From Psammoneis japonica (taxonomy: Eukaryota), in assembly GCA_008632985.1 (NCBI GenBank), contig QPGO01000060.1, positions 416,415 to 436,414 of the forward strand: a stretch of DNA of 20,000 nt. The letters are read 5' to 3'. The position numbers and the translations under genes are program-made. Below are positions 9,039 to 17,564 of this stretch, in pieces. The notes beneath the pieces were generated by a model. It did not search any database and was not told where the DNA came from. It saw nothing but the letters and a program-made list of their open reading frames with translations. Numbering within the stretch: position 1 is the stretch's first letter; each line of letters begins with the position of its first letter.

Positions 9039-10337
9039 ATGGGATCCCAAAACGCTGGTGCCTCTGACTCTAGTCAACCATCGACAAAAAAGGAGCGTAA
9101 GAAGCAGGCAGCAGCTCGGAATGCCGTCAAGACCGATCTGACAGCTCTGCAATTGGCACCGACAGAAGACACCACAGACAGTTTCTTCTTGCCAGAGCAA
9201 TTATTGCCGCCTCACATTCAATACGCAGACGACAAGGACGAGTTTCGTGATTCTGTCACGTGGAGATTTCATTCTGTGGCCGGTTATATATTTCATTGGA
9301 AAGGGACTGTGACTCAGTACAGTTGGCCCAAGCTCATTCTGTATGCCATTTACGTTGCGATCGTTTGCATTATAGCGATTGTCAATTGTCCCGAGGAGGA
9401 GCAACTAGCGGATCCTTATGATGCCCCGTTTCGATGTCGGATTGGGTACGAATACACAGACTTTATCGGTGAATCGGTTCTGATTTGGTTTGCATTTTCC
9501 GCATTTCTCTTTCAGAGTTTTGTCAATGCCGGTTTAAGGCGATTTGACAAAACGTTGACTCTTGTTCGTCGCGTGCAGGGCCGGTATCACGAGTTGGGAT
9601 TGCTCTTGCATTCGCATGCGCTACCACCCGCCAGGCATACGCTTGTTGTGATTCGCCGATACATGTTGGCCATGGTATATCTCTTGTTTGACGATCCAGT
9701 CTACGGTCCTGTCAATGGCGAATTCTTGCCATTGGTATCAAAGATACTGGAACCGGAAGAGTACGAAACGATCAGAAACATTAAGAAGCCGTCAGACCGA
9801 GCTCATGCAGTCATGACTTGGATTCTCTCTCTTTGTGAATCCGCAATCAATGCAGATTGCAGCAATGGTCAAGAGCCTCTCTTTCAAGATACAAACGGTA
9901 CACTCGGGTTTCAGATCGCTCGGTGCCTGGAAACTCTGCGAGCAACTGTTGGAAGTTTAACAGACAGCTTGGATGACGCCATGCTACCATTTCCCTTTTC
10001 CCATTTGATCATTTGCAATATTTATCTGGAATTCGCTGTGCTTCCATGGGCCTCGATGGGTCATCTTGGATACTGTATGATTCTTGTTGCCACTATTTAC
10101 TTTTGGTTCTTGGATGGTATGATCACGTTTGTCTTTCTTGTCGATGATCCCTTTGTGAGCAAAATGGGTGGAAGGAAGATTGAGCCACTGATTGACATTC
10201 ACAAAATTATTGCAGAAATAGCCAGTGCCTTGCCGCGGCGATATCCAACTGCGTATGCGACGAAACCAAGGTCGTGCTTGGAAATTATCAGGAGTCCTCC
10301 TACAACTCCTGTGGGAGAAAAGGCGAAACCTTACTAG
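9039..10337 (+). CDS. Bestrophin / UPF0187-like membrane channel protein
   Basis: 432 aa. Two N-terminal hydrophobic segments followed by F..N.G..RF, a soluble helical region, LPFPFSHLI with two more hydrophobic segments, and DDPF. This is the bestrophin-family topology and motif order. No obvious signal peptide. Confidence 0.8.
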   Translation: MGSQNAGASDSSQPSTKKERKKQAAARNAVKTDLTALQLAPTEDTTDSFFLPEQLLPPHIQYADDKDEFRDSVTWRFHSVAGYIFHWKGTVTQYSWPKLILYAIYVAIVCIIAIVNCPEEEQLADPYDAPFRCRIGYEYTDFIGESVLIWFAFSAFLFQSFVNAGLRRFDKTLTLVRRVQGRYHELGLLLHSHALPPARHTLVVIRRYMLAMVYLLFDDPVYGPVNGEFLPLVSKILEPEEYETIRNIKKPSDRAHAVMTWILSLCESAINADCSNGQEPLFQDTNGTLGFQIARCLETLRATVGSLTDSLDDAMLPFPFSHLIICNIYLEFAVLPWASMGHLGYCMILVATIYFWFLDGMITFVFLVDDPFVSKMGGRKIEPLIDIHKIIAEIASALPRRYPTAYATKPRSCLEIIRSPPTTPVGEKAKPY

Positions 10338-10791
10338 GTCGATGGCAGGAGGCTTCGCAATCGTTATCAGATGATAGAGCAACACACCCGCTCAAGACAA
10401 CTCAGTGGGACTGTTTGGAGTGATTTGTTGGCCGCAAAATTAAACCGTGTAGCACGAAGAATCCACAAGACCCTACCTACTAGGTACCAGCAGTGGCGGC
10501 TGTTGTTACACAGCCAATAAGTTTCGAAAAATAGTTTGCAAGCGTGAGAATTTATTTTGTTTGTCTTTTCTGCTGTAGTCTCCAGGAAATCGGCATCTGC
10601 AATGTGGTGCAGTCTGAGCGACTCTCTCCATTGCCCGCCCATTGCCCATCACATAGAGTTAAAATAAAGATACGATAATGTAGCTTTGTAATGCAAGAGC
10701 GGTTGTTCAGTGGTTGTAATAGGCTTTATGCTGCAAAGAAGGCTCCTCAAGAGAAATTTAAATTATGGCCACAAACTCACATCGACTGCTG

Positions 10792-12423
10792 TTATAAGCG
10801 TCTCTGGGCCTTCGAACCACTAATTTTTTTTAACACATGTGACCTACCGAGCAGAGCAGGTAGTGTTAATACATTTTTGGTCAGCACCTCGGTCTCGCAT
10901 GAGGCGACACTTCCTCTACATGTACTGTACCACCAATCGCCACAATCTACTTCAAAGGAACGGATCTCATTAATCAGAATAGCTATCCATGCTCCAAGAA
11001 ATGCAAAAGCAACAAGCAAACATGAAAGCCCGACCCAAAATGAAAGGCGCCTGATAACTATGTGGAAGCCGTTGACTTTGACATATCTCCATCGTTCCTT
11101 CTCGATTTCAGATCCTGGCTTGATTTTGTGACCCGGCGTAACAGCCAAATACCGCAGGAACCAGCAAAGGGTGAACCATGGATTTCCTTTTCGATGCACA
11201 CCGAAGTGACATCGCCCAATCTCTCGAGCGCAGAACTTACAAAACGGCTTACCCCCGACTTTCTCTAGAATATGGAAATAAGCGTCAAGCTTAGCGTCGA
11301 TCAGCTTATGAAAAGAGTCGCCGCGGATCATATTTCGCACGAGAGTTTCAAAGATCTGCAGTGTAGAAAAAATACCAAGGATGATGCCGAGTATGGGGAG
11401 GACAATCAGCAGAGGCGAGTAATGGTCCGGTTGTACACCTGCTGCAAGTCCCACGGTAGCACCATAGAGAAAAGATTGTGCGGCAAGCGCCCAATTGAAG
11501 CGTTCGCCGACCATGATGCTCAGTTCGCTGCTCAAAGTATGGAATTCTGGTGTCCGAAGGAATATCCGGACTGTACTAATCTCAGGATGCCAGAATTTCT
11601 CCATGTAGCCGTTTTCGCCTGCTGTCTTGGTTGCGAGCTCATAGAAATGTCTTGCCGCCGAAAGATTCTGATCTATCTTCTCACTACAGTCATCACAGCC
11701 TTGCTCATAGACAGAGCCAATGACAAAATAGGCTAGAAGCCCCATGCCTCCAAAAGCTGCCCTGTGGAGAAACTGCATACCTTTCGAGACATTGCGCACT
11801 ACTCCTCCCCTACCATACACAAGCGCCTCGCCATGGAGCAATTCACACTCGTGCACCATCAGAGGACTGCAGTTTGCACATATTTTGAGGAAGCGCATGG
11901 CAGCATCGTCGTTCCTGTACTTGAGAGCTGTCATCAAACGAATTGCAAGGTTTGTCATTGCGAGAATTTGGGTCGTTTCATTCTTCCATTTGTGCTCTAA
12001 TCGGGATCGCATCGCTTGGCGTGCCTGCTCAGGGCTACAGTTTTCCGGTGCATCTATCACATCGTCACTCCGCTGGTGAATCGGGACGCGTGGGTCGTCC
12101 TTTCTCAATTCCTTAATGCATTCGACGTAAAGAGGCACAGCCTTGTCTGAATGTTCTGGTTTAGTGTCTATTGCCGCCTTCAAAAAAAGGTCATATGCGT
12201 CTAGACCTGCAACGCGCATCGACTGGTCAGAACTTTGCCAGGCTTTCATCTCGGGGTGCCTACTGATCAAATCGATTAACTCGTCGATCTCAGCAGACTT
12301 CTTTGCAATGCTTCTTGCCAGTCTTTCTTCGTCCAAATCCTCGGTCGATCGTGAATCTGGCTCTTGGAGCATGACGTCGGAGAAACAGCTACGATTCGTC
12401 GGCGGGGGCATGATGAATTTCAA
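10792..12423 (-). CDS. SEL1-like repeat protein with C-terminal multi-pass membrane domain
   Basis: 543 aa. HGEALVYGRGGVVRNVSKGMQFLHRAAFGG and AYFVIGSVYEQG...DQNLSAARHFYELA are Sel1-like repeats. Hydrophobic segments: FNWALAAQSFLYGATVGLAAG, LLIVLPILGIILGIFSTLQIF and LSFWVGLSCLLVAFAFLGAWIAILI. Confidence 0.8.
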   Translation of the reverse strand: MKFIMPPPTNRSCFSDVMLQEPDSRSTEDLDEERLARSIAKKSAEIDELIDLISRHPEMKAWQSSDQSMRVAGLDAYDLFLKAAIDTKPEHSDKAVPLYVECIKELRKDDPRVPIHQRSDDVIDAPENCSPEQARQAMRSRLEHKWKNETTQILAMTNLAIRLMTALKYRNDDAAMRFLKICANCSPLMVHECELLHGEALVYGRGGVVRNVSKGMQFLHRAAFGGMGLLAYFVIGSVYEQGCDDCSEKIDQNLSAARHFYELATKTAGENGYMEKFWHPEISTVRIFLRTPEFHTLSSELSIMVGERFNWALAAQSFLYGATVGLAAGVQPDHYSPLLIVLPILGIILGIFSTLQIFETLVRNMIRGDSFHKLIDAKLDAYFHILEKVGGKPFCKFCAREIGRCHFGVHRKGNPWFTLCWFLRYLAVTPGHKIKPGSEIEKERWRYVKVNGFHIVIRRLSFWVGLSCLLVAFAFLGAWIAILINEIRSFEVDCGDWWYSTCRGSVASCETEVLTKNVLTLPALLGRSHVLKKISGSKAQRRL

Positions 12424-13062
12424 TAATCTTCTTAGTCAGTGATATGATTGATAATGGCCAACTTGATGTCGATGTCAAGAACCAAAATAAACGAGAACCT
12501 TCAGTGTTGGGCGTTCAGTCGTGACACCTTTGGAGGGATGTTTGCATCAATCTGCGCTGTGCATTTCAAATTTTTGACACAGAAATTGTTTCCAAATAAT
12601 GATGGCTTAGCAGCCACGCTCACAAGGATTCTTTGAGTCCTTCCATCCATCTGCCACCAATGGTGACTCCATTGTCGTTTCCCACAGTCCAGTCCGCTCT
12701 ACCGTAGAGGGCTTTGGATACCCGCAATTTTCCTGATCGTATGTACACCCATGGCCCAAACACCTAATCGTTCACGCGCAGTATCGCGCAGTGCGGGGCC
12801 CCGCTCCGCTCCGTGGGGTTGCGTTTTTTTGGGTTTTCTCCCTACCGAACGGCAAACGCAAACGGCACTCTACCTTCTATGGATGCCACTCTTCCCTCTT
12901 CCTCTTCACATGCTCTGCCGGTAGAGAGTGTTGTTGTACTATTTCCTCAAGCTGCTTGTGAGTCGATTACCCTTCCAGTGATTAAAGGATTTTTGTAATT
13001 TAGGCTACTGCGATAGATCAAGAAGTGTCCGTCATATTGCAGCCCACCTCGTTTAGCCCAGT

Positions 13063-13980
13063 ATGAACAATCATTCTCGTCGTCGGCGGCGGCGCTGTTG
13101 CACCTTTTACGACATGAAGCACTCCAATAATGCGGCAAGGATACGGCTCTGGCTTCGAATGAATCAAAACGCGATTCAGTCATGTGAAGATTCTGGAGAC
13201 TTGGTGATAAAGACATTAATGTTGACTCATGCCGACATTGAAGCAGACAGTTACGGACAAGTCAATCCACTGAAAAAGGTTCCTGCGCTTGTGGTGGAGA
13301 TGGAAGACGATGCTGGCGAAACGACAAAGAAAAGCAATCTACATCTATTTGAAGCCTCGGTTATTATCGCATACCTTGAGGATGTAGTTCCAAATTCAGT
13401 GTTCAAAATGAGTGAGGACAACTACTCAACACCCGAGGATCGTGCACTGTTATCTTTGATTGTTCGATGTCATGATTTGTACGTTTCAAGTCCAAACTGT
13501 ACCCAACCAAACTTTTCACATACCCAGGGATGCATGTATCTTGACCCCATGCCAACACCCTTTACGCCCGCAAGACGGATCATGGACACCAAAACACGAG
13601 CTGCCAAATTGGCCGAGCTACACCAGCAACTGCGTTGGTTGGAAAACACGGCAAGGTTCATGCCATATTTATGCGGCGAGCAAGTTTCGCACGCCGATTT
13701 AACTTGGTTCCCAACGGCCGTGTTTATGGAACTGCTCCTCCCCAAGGTATTTGATTGGACGCCGATATTTTCTGTTCTCGACACGGATGGCAGCGAGACG
13801 TCCTCGGAGTTTCCAAAACTTGCGAGCTGGTTCAAAACGTGCATGGAAAATCCGCACTTTGCTCAGACTCGGCGTGAGATTCGTGATACCCTTATAGATC
13901 AAGCAGAACGAGGCAGATTTGCTGGTGTTAGAAATGACGTGAAGGCCCATTGGAATGACTACAAGTGGAAGTATATTTGA
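13063..13980 (+). CDS. Glutathione S-transferase family protein (true start uncertain, possibly an upstream exon from 12879)
   Basis: GST N-domain motifs YDMKHSNNAARIRLWL, VNPLKKVPAL and LFEASVIIAYLED. GST C-domain motifs PYLCGEQVSHADLTWFPTAVF and FPKLASWF. Confidence 0.92.
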   Translation: MNNHSRRRRRRCCTFYDMKHSNNAARIRLWLRMNQNAIQSCEDSGDLVIKTLMLTHADIEADSYGQVNPLKKVPALVVEMEDDAGETTKKSNLHLFEASVIIAYLEDVVPNSVFKMSEDNYSTPEDRALLSLIVRCHDLYVSSPNCTQPNFSHTQGCMYLDPMPTPFTPARRIMDTKTRAAKLAELHQQLRWLENTARFMPYLCGEQVSHADLTWFPTAVFMELLLPKVFDWTPIFSVLDTDGSETSSEFPKLASWFKTCMENPHFAQTRREIRDTLIDQAERGRFAGVRNDVKAHWNDYKWKYI

Positions 13981-14096
13981 AGTTTGCAAATGTGCTACTC
14001 GACGGGAGAACCCTAAGAACATAGGGCTAGATAGATTGCCCTTTGTACCCAGATCTGTAGAGAAACGAAACCTTCTTATCTAGCTAGCAAGAAACG

Positions 14097-14558
14097 ATGA
14101 AGCTTCCACACTCTACACATGAGATCAAGTTAGACTTCCGAGAACCTCATAGTATCCAGATCAATGATGGCCATTGGCATGAAGAGGCTGAGCTGCAGTC
14201 TGACTTGATTAATGATCCTATTCTTCCATATACAAAGCTCGTTGCCAGGGAATGCTTGGTTGACCCCCTTATGAGTTCGTGCATTGGTCGTGGAGATCTT
14301 GTGTTTAAGCGTCCTGGTTTTGAAGAGTATCTTGTGGTTGAGACCAAGTTTCTTAACCAAGCAACCGGGAAAACTGCAAGAACCTCGCGGACTAAAGCTC
14401 GAAAGAAGGTACTCGAACAAGCCCTTCACTATGGCAAGAAGTGGAGTCTGGCACATCCTGATGCGTGGGTGGAGGCCGCTACGTGTACGAACGAGCGAGA
14501 GGGGCTGGCTTGTAGAGTCGTCGCCTTGTTCCGCTCTGGTTCATGCTGCATTCCATGA
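14097..14558 (+). CDS. Small PD-(D/E)XK (restriction endonuclease-like) nuclease-fold protein
   Basis: 153 aa with RE...GRGDLVF...YLVVETK...EQALHY, i.e. E, (P/G)D, E-x-K and QxxxY in the canonical order. Confidence 0.75.
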   Translation: MKLPHSTHEIKLDFREPHSIQINDGHWHEEAELQSDLINDPILPYTKLVARECLVDPLMSSCIGRGDLVFKRPGFEEYLVVETKFLNQATGKTARTSRTKARKKVLEQALHYGKKWSLAHPDAWVEAATCTNEREGLACRVVALFRSGSCCIP

Positions 14559-14718
14559 TGGCGGTTCTGCTCTGAGAGCCGTTACGTTACTGCAAGTGTG
14601 AGCGTGAATTTGCAAGATTCGTATATAGCTAGTAGCTATTGTTATGCATTATACTAAGTCGTCTTTGCTTTAACTTCCGCAAATAATATACCCCAGTCCC
14701 GACCACACTTTAAAGTGG

Positions 14719-16968
14719 TTAGTTGTCTCCGTACTTCTGTAAAAGGCGCTCCAACCGTTGTCTTCTCTTGATCTCTTCATCTTGCTCCTTCGTTTTGGGC
14801 AGTTGCACAGCAACGGGAGGATGAGTTTTTGGCTTGAAGGATTGCAACTGTCCACTACCCTTGGTTGCATTTCGCAAGCCATGAGCCACTTTTTCAAGTC
14901 GTCTTGACTTGCGGCTGCCGCGTACAACACAGCCGCGTCCTTGTCGTTGGGATTCACGTGCAAGATGAACGCAAAGGGGTGCTTGGGGAATTCTGTGGTT
15001 TGAGACACGGTGACACACCAGTGGTGATGGAACCAATCGTGCCCTTGACTTTCTGGTGAGGGCCATCGCTATACGTAATTTGGTAAGTGCCCAGACTTTG
15101 GTACAAGCAAAAGTATCGCTTCTTCCAACCCTTGATAAGCCCCTCTTGATCACGCTTGAGCAAGTAACCAGATGCTATCTTCTCCGAGTCCAACACATGA
15201 AGTGATCTCGAAACGTCCATCAGAGGAGTCCTGTTGGTAGCTGCCTTGGTATCTTCATCCTTATCTGACCGCTCGACAACTAGCGGAAACTTGTTTATTC
15301 TTGAACGTCCGTGCTCAGACACGTGCATGGGGCGGGTGGTGTTTTGCCCGTGCATGGTGGAAAGTTGATGCTCGAGTTCTGCAATGCGCTCTTCCTGGAA
15401 TTGAACTCGGCTTTTGTACTGCTTCTTCTGGAGTTGGGCCTCCATTTCTCTTGCTTCTACTTGAATCTCAAGCAGTTTGGCACGGTCACGTTCCATTTTC
15501 AGCTGTAATTCAGAGTTGCGAAGCCGATCATTAAGACTCTTGCTATCGCCATGGGAGCTGTGTGTCCCCACCGACTCTTCCGAGTCTGTAGTAGTGGTAG
15601 TGACTGTCTGAAGCGTCTTTGTGCTCCCGTGTTTGAGACAACGGACCACTTGCCCTGTTGTCCAGACTTTTGCACGAGCGTCACGTTCTTCATAAGTTCC
15701 ACGAGTTGATCCTTCTGGAATTCACATGTAGAGCTGAGTTGCGATGCCTTGCAGGTTTCATCGCTGAGTGATCGGTACAACTTGGCAAGCTCCTTGCGAA
15801 GAGCCTCCTCTACCTCTTCCAGCTCCCCAACTCGTAATTCCAAGCTGGCAATTGTGCTTTCGTATGATTCCCTCTCAAAGTTGTTGCTGGAAAACAAGCC
15901 ACTCTGAGAGCAGCTCCCCGAAGAGCTACCGAGTAATGTCATGGCGCTGAGCTGAGTGCGGAGAGAAGATATTTGCCCAACAAGTTCCGCATGAGCCTCG
16001 TCATTGCATGCCTCCTCGAGGGTGGCTCGGAGTTCTGACCGAGACGTTCCCTTGAGATTGGTTACGAGTTGCAACTGCCTGTTGAGTCGATCGATTTGAT
16101 CTTCTTGCGACTGGATGGTACCTTGCATTACTCGGAGTTGTTTGGAGAGTACAGACATGCCAGAGGCGTTTGAACCGCTACCACACGAGCCGGTTGTAAA
16201 ATCGCGGTCGTGAGCATGGTTCACATCATCTGTAAAAGCTAGTGTTCCATTTTCTCGATGGTACTCCAAATGGTCTCTCAAGTCAGAACCTGTCGACGGT
16301 CTCCGAAGCTGACGAAAAGATGATTTTCCAACGAATGTGTCGTGAAGAGGCTCGTTCAAGTCTTTCTCTTTCTCATTGTCGCTGTCATCATCGTGCTCGT
16401 CTTGCAACTCTCCGGATCTTTCTTCTTCTTCCTTCATGTTCATTTCACAAACTTCAATGCCCCGTTCTGCCACTTGGTTCTCTGGATCTATTTCTAAAAC
16501 ACGCTGATATGATTCAATCGCAGGTATCCATAATTCCAGTTTTTGAAGAGCTACAGCCAACCGCGAATGCCCTCGGCAATCGTTCGGACACGCTTCAACG
16601 CATGCTCGGTGCATCCTCCAAGGCTTTTCTGGACGACCCAGTGCCAAATGAGCAGCACTACGATTCGACAGCAAGACATGGTTCGTCGGATCTAGCTCTA
16701 GAGCACGGGTATATCTGGAAATGGCCTTGTTGTAGTCTCCAGAACGAAACGCGTAATCTGCTTTGCGTTTGTAATTGTCTCGTTTCTCCTCCAATTCTTC
16801 TTTGGAACGCACATTGTCCTTTTGAGAGGACTTTGTTTTTCGTTCCCTCCGGTGTCGAGATGAATGGTTCGCTTTCCTATTCGCACCTTGCTGATCCCCG
16901 TCAGGTCCAATGCCAATCTCTCCCGGAACATCCTTCCACGGATCCATGTTTGCTATTCCAAACGTCAT
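14719..16968 (-). CDS. TPR + coiled-coil + C-terminal PH-domain protein (~750 aa reconstructed), interrupted by about 5 small indels (assembly errors or pseudogene)
   Basis: STI1-like TPRs (ADYAFRSGDYNKAISRYTRALELDPTNHVLLSNRSAAHLALG; GHSRLAVALQKL...AIESYQRVLEIDPEN), long heptad-rich segments, and a PH domain (ASGYLLKR...GWKKRYFCL...HPFAFILH...LYAAAASQDDLKKWLMA). These lie across four overlapping ORFs that join by 1-2 nt indels. First ATG at 16968; reconstructed stop at 14719. Confidence 0.8.
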
Positions 16969-17564
16969 GTTGTTGTTTATTTTCTCTGTAGTAACGCTCT
17001 CTCTCACACACTTTCTCTAAAGTTCGCTTTTTCAATATCTCCAATGAGAGTTTGTTCCTTGTTGTTGCTGGAATCCCACAATGGAAATCAATCGTTTGTT
17101 ATTATAAGCAACGGGGTATGAAACAAAATTGCTTTTTGTAGAAGCCCTTCGAAAATGGAGTCGTGGGTCGCTGAGTTCACCTTTGCAACCGTCCGTTGGA
17201 ACAACGACGTTTTGTTCACAGCTTGATAGTCATTGATCACTTATAAATGTTTGACTCCAGTGATGAAGTTATTTGAATCATGTATAAGTCATTCTCGTGT
17301 GATATACCTTCAATGGCGTTTAAAGGCACATGAATGAAGTTTATATGACAATGCAGCTGTCCGTTGAAAATTACATAGGAAAGTCAATGTACAATGGACA
17401 GAAAGGTGCTGTCATTAGTGTCATTCAATTTCAAATTCTTGTTTTCCGCGAAAAAAAAACGACGTCTGTCACTGTCAGACATCCAGCGCAACACTGGTCC
17501 ATCTCTGGCAGAGCTTCTCCAGTCTTGCTAACAACGAAAAGTAGAATGACTTGCTAGAGAGATA

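Noticed and set aside
10792..14558. Bacterial-style defence operon (SEL1-TM, GST, nuclease)
   Set aside because: Context is eukaryotic and SEL1-TM is transcribed divergently from the other two. Nothing beyond adjacency links them.
14670..14875. C-terminus CEMQPRVVDSC...IICGS as the true end of the PH protein
   Set aside because: The PH terminal helix is better completed as WLMALRNA by a one-base shift into the frame ending at 14719.
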